Source of the DNA: an uncultured Clostridia bacterium
GTDB lineage: Bacteria; Bacillota; Clostridia; TANB77; CAG-508
Assembly (NCBI GenBank): GCA_934120315.1
Contig: CAKOTX010000001.1
Location: 137,984 to 201,983 of the forward strand
DNA: 64,000 nt
Direction of reading: 5' to 3'
Shown here: positions 8,882 through 17,556 of the stretch, in pieces
Layout: each line of letters opens with the position of its first letter
Position numbering within the stretch: position 1 is the first letter of the stretch
Translations under genes and position numbers: made by a program
Notes under the pieces: generated by a model
Told to the model about the DNA's origin: nothing
What the model saw: the letters and a program-made list of their open reading frames with translations, nothing else
The model's database searches: none

Positions 8882-9184
8882 ATGAAAAAAACTTTGGCTA
8901 GTCTGGTACGGACACTTCTAGCAATAGCAATTATTGCTATATCTTTTAAGCTCTTCAGCTCGGCTTGGAGCTGGGAGGTATGGGCTCCAAATAATGACTT
9001 GGGTTTCGCAATGGTATGTTTCCTATATTGGGGAGCAGCACTAGGAAGTTTGGCTGGAGTATTTGGCATATCGCCTGTATTCTGGAGTATACTTTTAGGT
9101 GGGCTCGAGATAAAATTGGGGATTGCTACGCAGAAGCAAGCTCAAGCAGACATAAAAAAGTGGGAGGACAAATTCATATGGTAA
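8882..9184 (+). CDS. small membrane protein (hypothetical) of markedly higher GC than its surroundings
   Basis: 100 aa with 2-3 TM segments. RBS GGAGGT. The promoter is TTGCAC-17-TAAAAT upstream. Confidence 0.55.
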   Translation: MKKTLASLVRTLLAIAIIAISFKLFSSAWSWEVWAPNNDLGFAMVCFLYWGAALGSLAGVFGISPVFWSILLGGLEIKLGIATQKQAQADIKKWEDKFIW

Positions 9185-9190
9185 ATGAAA

Positions 9191-9222
9191 GGAGGGTGCA
9201 ATGCACCCTCTTCTATTTTTGT
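9191..9222. terminator. bidirectional terminator between the small membrane gene and ruvA
   Basis: GAGGGTGCA-a-TGCACCCTC followed by TTCTATTTTT. Confidence 0.6.
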
Positions 9223-9824
9223 GTTAGTAAAATTAATCCTTTTTTGATTAATTCTTCAACGGATAATTCATCAACAATAAGATGAGTAAAAGCTTTTTCA
9301 ATATCTTTTCTTGAATAACCAAGAACCATAAGTCCAGAAATTGCTTCTTGAACATTTTCATTAGTTTTAGAAGATTTTAATTTAGCATTTTCTAATTTTT
9401 CTTCATCTAATTCAGATTGTTCAGCTTTTAGTTTATCTTTTAATTCTAATATAATTCTTTGAGCAGATTTGGTTCCAATTCCAGGAACTTGTGTCAATAA
9501 TTTAACATTGTTTGAGATAACTGCAATTGCAAATTCTGATGGTTCGATACAAGAAAGCATAACAAGAGCGCTTTTAGCTCCAACTCCGCTAACTCCAATA
9601 AGTAATTCAAACATTCTTAATTGTTCTTGAGTCTTAAAACCATATATACTAATATCGTCTTCTCTTACTTTTACATATGTAAATACTTTAACGATATCGT
9701 TTATTTCTCCTATACTTTCAATATTATTTTGAGACATAAAAATTTTATAGCCTAATCCATTAATATCTACAACGATATAATTACTTGATTTCATTTCTAA
9801 TGATCCTTTTATATATGCAAACAT
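9213..9824 (-). CDS. ruvA: Holliday junction branch-migration complex subunit RuvA
   Basis: 203 aa. N-terminal OB-fold MFAYIKG...IVVDINGLGYKI, and a helix-hairpin-helix pair LIGVSGVGAKSALVML / LTQVPGIGTKSAQRIILEL. Confidence 0.9.
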   Translation of the reverse strand: MFAYIKGSLEMKSSNYIVVDINGLGYKIFMSQNNIESIGEINDIVKVFTYVKVREDDISIYGFKTQEQLRMFELLIGVSGVGAKSALVMLSCIEPSEFAIAVISNNVKLLTQVPGIGTKSAQRIILELKDKLKAEQSELDEEKLENAKLKSSKTNENVQEAISGLMVLGYSRKDIEKAFTHLIVDELSVEELIKKGLILLTQK

Positions 9825-9867
9825 TTTATTTAATTCCTTTCATATAAATTTTATTTGAATTATATAT

Positions 9868-9922
9868 CAAAAAAAAAATAAACGCAAGAGGCTTACCACA
9901 AAGTGATAAGCCTTTTGCGTGG
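9868..9922 (-). terminator. intrinsic terminator of the minus-strand gene at 9924-10295
   Basis: Long imperfect palindrome ACGCAAGAGGCTTACCAC-AAA-GTGATAAGCCTTTTGCGT, followed on the minus strand by a T-run. Confidence 0.55.
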
Positions 9923-9923
9923 G

Positions 9924-10295
9924 TTAAAAATCAATTTTCATACCCGATTTGTCTCCAGAGAAGGAAATCTTTCCGTGACGAGCCCATTTTTCGGTAAAAA
10001 TAGCTTCTTCATCAACGGGAAATCCTGCAGCGGTGAGAACTTCAAGTAAGTTATGAGGCCCCTCACCACCATAGCCTGCCGTAAGTGGATAGATGCGAAG
10101 CTCTAAAGGAATTGACTTAAGATAACCTTTAATAATTAAAGGAAAATTTTCGTTTGTCAATTCACCAGAACAAAGCAAATGATTGAGATCATATTGAAAT
10201 CTAAATTCATTGGCAACGAAGCCAGATTTCAAAAAAGAAATTGCGTAATCCCGAGCACTGTAACTTGCGGCGGAAATGATAGTAATGCAATCCAT
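9924..10295 (-). CDS. hypothetical cytoplasmic protein (123 aa) with higher-GC codon usage
   Basis: RBS GGAGGT. No motif I can name. Confidence 0.5.
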   Translation of the reverse strand: MDCITIISAASYSARDYAISFLKSGFVANEFRFQYDLNHLLCSGELTNENFPLIIKGYLKSIPLELRIYPLTAGYGGEGPHNLLEVLTAAGFPVDEEAIFTEKWARHGKISFSGDKSGMKIDF

Positions 10296-10466
10296 ATTTA
10301 CCTCCTCGGATTGCGAAACACTACAGTATACTGTATGTGCTTCTGAAAAAATTTCGTATGTACATATTATAACATATATTTATGTCAAATGCAACAATTA
10401 CAAAAAGGTGTTCTTAAATATTGACTTTTTATATTTAAGGATTTATAATATTTTTTATATCGAAAG

Positions 10467-11730
10467 AGAAAGTGAGATGGCAAAAATGAATCAAGCAGAA
10501 CCATTAGCATATAGAATGAGACCCAAAACTTTAGAAGAATATGAAGGACAAGAACATGTAATAGGACCAGGAAAATTATTATATAGAACAATAAAAGCAG
10601 ACAGATTATCAAGTATAATATTATTTGGACCTCCAGGATGTGGTAAGACATCATTAGCAAAGGTTATAAGTGAAACAACAAAATATAAATTTTATAAAAT
10701 AAATGCCGTAACAGCAGGAGTTTCAGACATAAAAAGAATAGTTGAAGAAACAAAGAATTTTATGATGAATCCTGCTGGAAAAAGTATATTATTTATTGAT
10801 GAGATACATAGATTTAATAAATTACAACAAGATGCGTTATTACCATTTGTAGAAAATGGAACAATCATATTAATAGGAGCAACAACAGAAAATCCATATT
10901 TCGAAGTAAACAAAGCTTTAATTTCAAGGTCAATGGTAATAAAATTAGAGCCATTAACAGAAGAAAATATTTATAATATTTTAAAAAGAGCATTAACAAG
11001 TAAAGAAGGCCTTGGAGAATATAGTGTAAAAATAGAAGATAGCACATTAAGAAAAATAGCTGATATTGCAAATGGAGATGTTAGAACCGCATTAAATGGT
11101 TTAGAAGTAGCAGTATTAACTACTAACATGGAATCAGATGGATATATCCATATAACAGATGAAGTAATTAAAAATAGTATTCAAAATAGAAAAGCAATTT
11201 TTGATAAAAATGGAGATACACATTATGATAATATTAGTGCATTTATAAAATCTATGAGAGGTTCAGACCCAGATGCTGTATTATTTTATCTAGCTAGAGC
11301 ACTAAATGGAGGAGAAGATCCTGTATTTTTAGCAAGAAGGATTGTAATTTGTGCATCAGAAGATGTTGGGTTAGCAGATCCACAAGCATTAGTTATTGCG
11401 ACATCTGCAATGCAAGCAGTTCATATGATTGGAATGCCAGAAGCAAGAATTATTTTAGCAGAAGCAGCAGTATATGTTGCAAATTGTAAAAAATCAAATG
11501 CTACATATTTGGGAATAAATAAAGCTTTAGAAGATGTTGCAAATCAAGATACAGGTGAAATTCCAATGCATATAAGAAATGCACCAATAGAAAAAATGAG
11601 AGAACTTGGATATAATGAGGGATATAAATATCCACATGATTATCCAGGACATTGGGTTGAACAACAATATTTGCCAGATAAAATGTTGGGAACGAAGTAT
11701 TATGTGAAAGATGAAAATATAAAAGAATAA
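10467..11730 (+). CDS. rarA: replication-associated recombination protein A (RarA/MgsA), AAA+ ATPase
   Basis: Walker A GPPGCGKTS and Walker B ILFIDEIHRF, plus the C-terminal MgsA helical domain. I take the start as the ATG of MAKMNQ, not the upstream in-frame ATG at 10276. Confidence 0.85.
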
Positions 11731-11780
11731 AAAATTAAAAAATGTCAATAATGTTAATAAGTAGAAAAGGAAATACAATT

Positions 11781-12134
11781 ATGAAGTTAAAAATGAAACT
11801 TGTTGTAGGCTTATTGGCAGGAATAATATGTGGACTTTTTGGAACAGGTGGTGGAATGCTTCTTGTTCCTTATTTTATTTATATCTTAAAAATAGATGCA
11901 AAAGAGGCAAGAGCAACCTCACTTTTTTGCATGTTAATAATGGTAATTGTTAGTGGAATATTTTATTATAAAAGCAATTATATTAATTGGAACTCTGGAA
12001 TATTGTGTGCAATTGGAGGCTGTGTAGGGGGATTTTTAGGTGCAAAAATTTTAAAAAAGGTTCCAGATTATATATTAAAAATTATGTTTTTGATTTTTAT
12101 CTTATATTATTCTTATAGAATGTTATTTTTATAG
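11781..12134 (+). CDS. TauE/SafE-family (DUF81) sulfite/anion exporter, N-terminal half-size subunit
   Basis: 4-TM protein with the Gly-rich motif GLFGTGGGMLLVPYF. RBS AAAGGA. Confidence 0.65.
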   Translation: MKLKMKLVVGLLAGIICGLFGTGGGMLLVPYFIYILKIDAKEARATSLFCMLIMVIVSGIFYYKSNYINWNSGILCAIGGCVGGFLGAKILKKVPDYILKIMFLIFILYYSYRMLFL

Positions 12135-12145
12135 TGGGAGTTACT

Positions 12146-12535
12146 ATGATTCAAATATTAATAGGTGTAGTTGCAGGAATATTTAGTGGTATTGGAATGG
12201 GTGGAGGAACAATATTGATTTTTTTACTTACAACATTTGGTGGACTTGAACAACATATTGCACAAGCAACAAATATGATATATTTTATTCCAACTGCAAT
12301 TTCTGCAATTATAGTGAATTACAAAAATAAGAAAATAAATACAAAATTGGCACTTTTTACATCTGTTTTTGGTGCACTTGGAGCGATAATTGGTGCCAAT
12401 ATTTCTGTACATACAGATGTACAAAAATTAAGAAAATTGTTTGGGATTTTTTTATTAGCAATTGCCATTCATGAAATATATACCTTAATAAAACAGTATA
12501 AACAAAATAAAAAAAGACATACTAAAATCAGTTAA
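12146..12535 (+). CDS. TauE/SafE-family exporter, C-terminal half-size subunit (separately translated)
   Basis: Motif GIGMGGGTILIF. Its own RBS GGGAG lies 7 nt before the ATG. It begins 12 nt after the stop of the first half. Confidence 0.65.
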   Translation: MIQILIGVVAGIFSGIGMGGGTILIFLLTTFGGLEQHIAQATNMIYFIPTAISAIIVNYKNKKINTKLALFTSVFGALGAIIGANISVHTDVQKLRKLFGIFLLAIAIHEIYTLIKQYKQNKKRHTKIS

Positions 12536-12560
12536 ATATTTTAGAAGGTGAGGGATTATT

Positions 12561-12698
12561 ATGAAGTTTGTAAAAGGTTTAGTTGTTGGTGGATTAATTA
12601 CAACAGGTGTTATGATGATGTGGAATGATAATAATATGAGTACAAAAAAGATTGCTAAAACAAGTAAAAAATGGGCTAGAAAAATGGGGATTATGTAA
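12561..12698 (+). CDS. small (45 aa) membrane peptide with a basic C-terminal tail; not in the ORF track
   Basis: MKFVKGLVVGGLITTGVMMMWNDNNMSTKKIAKTSKKWARKMGIM. Strong RBS GGTGAGGG 6 nt upstream. Followed by a terminator. Confidence 0.45.
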   Translation: MKFVKGLVVGGLITTGVMMMWNDNNMSTKKIAKTSKKWARKMGIM

Positions 12699-12704
12699 AA
12701 ATTA

Positions 12705-12739
12705 CTAAAACACCTCAAGCTAAGTTTGAGGTGTTTTAG
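12705..12739. terminator. bidirectional terminator
   Basis: CTAAAACACCTCAA-gctaag-TTTGAGGTGTTTTAG. Confidence 0.6.
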
Positions 12740-14039
12740 TAATTATTTTTTCTATATTACCTATGCTATATAATGGAATATTAATTAGCCAATCTTCTTT
12801 TCTAAAATTAGTCATAGAAGTTCTAACATTAATAGGTGTATTATACTTTTCAACAAATGCTTTTAAACTTTTTGCTTGTAAATTTTCACTTGATTTTACT
12901 TCTATCGGAACATTGTCTTTGCCAAGTTGTACGATAAAATCAATTTCTGCAATTCCTTTTTCGGCTGACCAATAAAACACATTTAATTCTGTACATTCTT
13001 TCAATTGACATAAAACATATTGTTCTGTTAAACTTCCTTTAAATTCTTCAAAAATATTGTTACCCTCTAAAATTGTTTTAGAATCTAAATCCGCCATTGC
13101 AGCTAATAGACCTACATCTAATAGATATAGCTTAAATGCACTAAAATCTTGATACGCAGATAATGGAACCTTACAATTATTTACTCTATTAAGTTGATAA
13201 ACAAGTCCACAATCTATTAGCCATGATAATGCAATTTCATATTCTCTTGCTCTAGCTCCTTCTTTTACTAATCCATATATAAACTTTTTGTTTTCTTTTG
13301 CAAGTTGTGTAGGGATGTTATTCCATAATTGTCTAATTCTTGGAACAATGTTGTTAGGAGCATGCTTAGAAAAATCTTGTTCATAATCTTTTAATAATGT
13401 TTTTTGTATATTGCGAACTTCTATTAAATCTTTTTGCTCTACATAAGAGTTAACTACTTCTGGCATTCCACCAATATAATAATATAATTTTAAATATTCT
13501 TTATATTTGTTATTAAATACATTAATCATATCAAACTCGTTGTTTTTTAATACTTTTAACAAATCATTCTGACCTAAAGCATCTAAAAATTCAAAAAAGC
13601 TTAAAGGCATTAGATCCATAAAATTTACTTTTCCAACAGGAAAAGAAGTTCCTTGATGCATTGCTACTCCTAAAAGCGAACCAGCAGCAACAATATGATA
13701 TTCATTTGCATTTTCATAAAAATATTTTAAAGCTTTTAATGCATTTGGAGTTTCTTGGATTTCATCAAAAATTATTAAAGTATTTTCAGGTTCAATATTT
13801 ACTCCTGATTCAATCTTTAATCCTTGTATTATTTTATCTAAGTCAAACTCTTCATTAAATAAGGTGTTCATTCTTTGATTATTATCAAAATTTATATATG
13901 CGTATTTTTCATAGTATAATTTTCCAAATTCTTTCATAAGCCATGTTTTTCCAACTTGTCTTGCTCCTCTGATTATTAGAGGTTTTCTATTTTTGGAGAT
14001 TTTCCATTCTTTTAATTTTTCCATTTTTTCTCTATACAT
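12720..14039 (-). CDS. AAA-family ATPase with C-terminal DUF4143-type domain
   Basis: Walker A GARQVGKTW and Walker B LIIFDEIQ. About 439 aa, typical of the AAA_14 + DUF4143 architecture. RBS AGGAGAG. Confidence 0.7.
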   Translation of the reverse strand: MYREKMEKLKEWKISKNRKPLIIRGARQVGKTWLMKEFGKLYYEKYAYINFDNNQRMNTLFNEEFDLDKIIQGLKIESGVNIEPENTLIIFDEIQETPNALKALKYFYENANEYHIVAAGSLLGVAMHQGTSFPVGKVNFMDLMPLSFFEFLDALGQNDLLKVLKNNEFDMINVFNNKYKEYLKLYYYIGGMPEVVNSYVEQKDLIEVRNIQKTLLKDYEQDFSKHAPNNIVPRIRQLWNNIPTQLAKENKKFIYGLVKEGARAREYEIALSWLIDCGLVYQLNRVNNCKVPLSAYQDFSAFKLYLLDVGLLAAMADLDSKTILEGNNIFEEFKGSLTEQYVLCQLKECTELNVFYWSAEKGIAEIDFIVQLGKDNVPIEVKSSENLQAKSLKAFVEKYNTPINVRTSMTNFRKEDWLINIPLYSIGNIEKIITKTPQT

Positions 14040-14087
14040 ATATTCACTCTCCTAACATGCTATTTTATTATATTATATCATTATTAT

Positions 14088-14175
14088 TCACAAAAATCAA
14101 ACGACTTTTAAGAAAATTCTCACATTTTCCAAACGACTTTTTCAACATTTAATCACATTTTTCAAACGACTTTAA
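14088..14175. repeat. three direct repeats of a 22-nt motif CACA(T/A)TTT(T/C)CAAACGACTTT with exact 33-bp periodicity
   Basis: Copies start at 14088, 14121 and 14154, in the region immediately upstream of the minus-strand ATPase start. Confidence 0.6.
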
Positions 14176-14230
14176 AAGACTACTAGCAAAATCTACTTGC
14201 CAATAGCCTTTTTTTACTTACATGCTATAA

Positions 14231-14674
14231 TTATTTTTCGCAGCTTTTACAATCATCTTCGCTTCTATCACATGGTTTAAAATCATCACAATCAAGCTCA
14301 ATTCCTCTTAAGCAATTTCCTTCATGATGACATTTAGCGCAAACTTTTACATGCTTTACATTATCTTTCCAAATTTGGATAGCGTATTTTTTGCCTGGGC
14401 AAAGTGGTCCAAATACGAATTCACCTTCACAATCTGTGAATGTATGTGAAACAGGTTTTAATTCTTTTTTACCAAATTTAAAATCAACTTCTACTAATTT
14501 AACAACAGCATCTTTTACTGGTTCTTTAAAGCAATCTCTGATAACACCATAAATTACATCTCTATGGTCATTTGCTAGAGTTATATCTAAATCAAATTGT
14601 TTTCCATCAGCAATGAAACCATCAATATCAACAAATGGATGCATTGGTTCTGGCTTTTTATCCATCATTTCCAT
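14231..14674 (-). CDS. hypothetical cytoplasmic protein with a transthyretin/CarboxypepD_reg-like beta domain and a Cys/His-rich C-terminus
   Basis: VIYGVIRD...VVKLVEV...GEFVFGPLCPGKKYAIQIW, followed by CAKCHHEGNCLRGIELDCDDFKPCDRSEDDCKSCEK. Higher GC than its neighbours. Confidence 0.5.
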   Translation of the reverse strand: MEMMDKKPEPMHPFVDIDGFIADGKQFDLDITLANDHRDVIYGVIRDCFKEPVKDAVVKLVEVDFKFGKKELKPVSHTFTDCEGEFVFGPLCPGKKYAIQIWKDNVKHVKVCAKCHHEGNCLRGIELDCDDFKPCDRSEDDCKSCEK

Positions 14675-14827
14675 ATAAAAAACTTCCTTTCTTTAGGCTT
14701 ACGCCAGTATTAATATATAATATGAACAAAACATGAAATTGCTACTTTAAGATAAAATCTAATAGATGAGTGGAATATTTTTAAAGTATGTTGTATAATG
14801 TAGAACATGGAAAGGAAGAGAAGGAAA

Positions 14828-15619
14828 ATGAATAAAAAAGCAATAGGAATATTTGACTCTGGAGTAGGTGGATTAACAGTATTTGAAGAGATAAGAAAAG
14901 AACTACCAAATGAAAATGTAATATATTTAGGTGATACTAAAAATTTTCCATATGGAAATAAAACTAAAGAAGAAATAATTGAGTTTGCAATTAAAAATAC
15001 AGAAATGTTAATAAATATGGGAGCAAAAATAATTGTAATAGCATGTGGAACAGCTACAAGTCAAGCAATAGATGTAGTAAAAGCAAAATTTGACATACCT
15101 GTTATAGGAATTATAGAGCCAACAGTTGAGTATGTGAAAGAACAGAGGTATAAAAATGTAGGAGTAATTGCGACAGAAGGAACAATCAGAAGTGGGGCAT
15201 GGGAACAAAAATTAAAAGAAAAAATTCCAGATATTAATGTAATTAATAAGGCATGTCCTATGTTAGCAACAATAGCAGAAGAAGGAAAAGCGAAGAGTGA
15301 AGAAGGTAGACGAGTAATAAAAGAATATATGAAACCATTTAAAGATAAGAAAATTGACAAAATTATTTTGGGCTGTACACATTATCCTATTTATGAAGAA
15401 ATCATAAGAGAAGAACTTGGATATAGTGTAGAATTAATAAACACAGGGGTGACAGTTTCAAGGTTTTTGAAATCATATTTGGAGAATAATAATTTAGAAA
15501 ATGCAGAGCCAAAGAAACAAGAAGAAATATATTTAACAAAACCAGAAGATGAATTTAAAGAAATTGCAAAAAATATTATGGGAGTAAATATAAAAATCAG
15601 CAAAATTGTTGACATGTAG
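14828..15619 (+). CDS. murI: glutamate racemase
   Basis: IGIFDSGVGGLTV, VIACGTATS, GCTHYP. Confidence 0.9.
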   Translation: MNKKAIGIFDSGVGGLTVFEEIRKELPNENVIYLGDTKNFPYGNKTKEEIIEFAIKNTEMLINMGAKIIVIACGTATSQAIDVVKAKFDIPVIGIIEPTVEYVKEQRYKNVGVIATEGTIRSGAWEQKLKEKIPDINVINKACPMLATIAEEGKAKSEEGRRVIKEYMKPFKDKKIDKIILGCTHYPIYEEIIREELGYSVELINTGVTVSRFLKSYLENNNLENAEPKKQEEIYLTKPEDEFKEIAKNIMGVNIKISKIVDM

Positions 15620-15672
15620 GCAATTACAAGGTATAATTACAATATGAATTATAGAGGAGGACAACATAAAGA

Positions 15673-16311
15673 ATGGATAAAAATATATTTTCAATTAATG
15701 AAAATAATTATACACAAATGACAGACGAAAAATTAATAGAAAATGTAAAGCAAGAAGACCAAACAGCATTAAACTGCTTGATTGAGAGATATAATGACCT
15801 TGTAACAATGAAAGCAAATAAGTTTTTTATGGTTGGAGCAGAAAAAGAAGATATGATTCAAGAAGGAATGATTGGATTATATAAAGCCATAAAATCATTT
15901 GACACAGAAAAGCAAAATTCATTTAAGACATTTGCTAATATGTGTGTAGAAAGACAATTAATAACAGCTGTAAAAAATTCAAATAGACAAAAACATATTC
16001 CATTAAATTCATCTGTTTCTTTAAATTCCGCAGCATATGAGGATAATGAAGATATGGACAAGATGGATGTTTTAGATATAAAAATAATGAATGATCCTTC
16101 AGATATAATTGCAGATAGAGAATATTTTGAAAATATGGAAAGTAAAATAAAAGAAAATTTGAGTTCATTTGAATTACAAGTATTAAAAGAATATGAAAAA
16201 GGAAAATCTTATGCGGCAATTGCTGAAAAATTGAATGCAAAAGTAAAATCTGTTGATACTGCAATTCAAAGAATTAGGAAGAAAGCTAATAAAATAAAAG
16301 AAAATATATAA
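15673..16311 (+). CDS. sigH: RNA polymerase sporulation/transition-state sigma factor SigH
   Basis: Sigma-70 region 2 LIERYNDLVTMKANKF...EDMIQEGMIGLYKAIKSFD, and region 4 with an HTH at the C-terminus. Confidence 0.85.
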   Translation: MDKNIFSINENNYTQMTDEKLIENVKQEDQTALNCLIERYNDLVTMKANKFFMVGAEKEDMIQEGMIGLYKAIKSFDTEKQNSFKTFANMCVERQLITAVKNSNRQKHIPLNSSVSLNSAAYEDNEDMDKMDVLDIKIMNDPSDIIADREYFENMESKIKENLSSFELQVLKEYEKGKSYAAIAEKLNAKVKSVDTAIQRIRKKANKIKENI

Positions 16312-16345
16312 AAGAGCTATATTAAATGGCTCTTTTTTCTTGGAT
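16312..16345 (+). terminator. intrinsic terminator after sigH
   Basis: AGAGCTATATTAAATGGCTCT followed by TTTTTTC. Confidence 0.6.
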
Positions 16346-16436
16346 AAAATTGCAATAAAAAAATTCCAAATAAGTGTTGCTATTAAATAAAAAAATTGTT
16401 ATAATATGTCGAGAATCAAAAGATGGAGTGTGTAAA

Positions 16437-17528
16437 GTGAAGAAAAATAGAGAGATAGATGAAGAAATACCAAAAGCATTAAGGGGAGACGCAAAAGAAA
16501 AGAAAAAAAATAAAAATGTAAAAAAGGTATTATTAGTATTAGTAATATTGGCAATAATAGGAGTAAGTTCAGGGGGGGTATTATTATATGGACCATATTC
16601 TGGATTTAGGGATTGGCTTATAACAACAGCAATGACCACAATGACACATCAATATTTTGCAACATGGTTTTATGATGATGAGACTATAGAAGCGTCATTG
16701 GCCAAAAACAAAGTAGAAGAAGTAAACGAAATCACTAATACAAATACGATTGTAATAAATAATACAGTAGAAGAAACAGTTTATGAAAATGAATATGAAA
16801 GAGCAGTATTAGAAAAAGATCCTAATAATGATGATTACAAAATAATTGAAATAAATGGAAAAGGTTATAGTGGATATTTAGCTGTAATTTATGATCCTTC
16901 AAGAATAAAAACAGTATATACTAAAAAATTAGGAACAAGTGGACAATATTTAAAACAAATGGCAAAAGACAATGATGCATTAATTGCAATAAATGGTGGA
17001 GGATTTGAAGACCCTAATTTTAATAGTAATGGTTCAGATCCTTTAGGAATTACATTTTCAGGAGGAAAATTAATAACATCAAAAACATGGAATGGTTCAG
17101 GAGGATTAATAGGATTCACAGAAGATAATAAACTTGTTTTAGGAAAAATGACAGTAAAGCAAGCACAAGAAATGAAAGTTAGAGATGGAGTAACATTTGG
17201 ACCATTTTTAATTATAAATGGTAAAAAATCAACAATATTAGGAAATGGTGGTTGGGGAACAGCTCCTCGTACTGCAATTGGACAAAGAAAAGATGGAATT
17301 GTATTATTTTTAGTTATTGATGGTAGAACTGTTACAAAGCCAGGAGCTAATATGAATGATTTAATAGAAATAATGGAAAACTATGGTGCATATAATGCTG
17401 CAAATTTAGATGGTGGAACATCAAGTGCAATGGTAGTTAATGGAGATATAATAAATGATCCAATAGATAGTTCAGGTGCACATAGAACAAGATTTATTTC
17501 AACAGGATTTATATTAACAAAAAAATAG
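16437..17528 (+). CDS. membrane-anchored phosphodiester glycosidase-family protein (DUF2233)
   Basis: Probable GTG start after GGAG. Lys-rich N-terminus, one TM, then motifs AINGGGFE, LVIDGR and ANLDGGTSSAMV. Confidence 0.65.
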   Translation: MKKNREIDEEIPKALRGDAKEKKKNKNVKKVLLVLVILAIIGVSSGGVLLYGPYSGFRDWLITTAMTTMTHQYFATWFYDDETIEASLAKNKVEEVNEITNTNTIVINNTVEETVYENEYERAVLEKDPNNDDYKIIEINGKGYSGYLAVIYDPSRIKTVYTKKLGTSGQYLKQMAKDNDALIAINGGGFEDPNFNSNGSDPLGITFSGGKLITSKTWNGSGGLIGFTEDNKLVLGKMTVKQAQEMKVRDGVTFGPFLIINGKKSTILGNGGWGTAPRTAIGQRKDGIVLFLVIDGRTVTKPGANMNDLIEIMENYGAYNAANLDGGTSSAMVVNGDIINDPIDSSGAHRTRFISTGFILTKK

Positions 17529-17556
17529 ACGTTTAAATATGAAAGGACTGAAAAAA

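Noticed and set aside
10276-10466. Long N-terminal extension of RarA starting at 10276 (ORF-track start)
   Set aside because: The extension overlaps the divergent upstream gene and promoter, has no RBS, and is low-complexity. Conserved RarA sequence begins at MAKMNQ, after an RBS-like purine run.
14088-14175. Possible CRISPR or iteron replication origin
   Set aside because: Three 22-nt copies only, with a fixed 11-nt inter-repeat gap that is itself similar between units. No rep or cas genes. More consistent with a transcription-factor binding array.
12540-14700. Mobile element or prophage remnant around the DUF4143 ATPase
   Set aside because: No integrase, transposase, recombinase, terminal inverted repeats or target-site duplication are visible. 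The block is bounded only by ordinary terminators. I keep it as an accessory-looking module, not a called mobile element.
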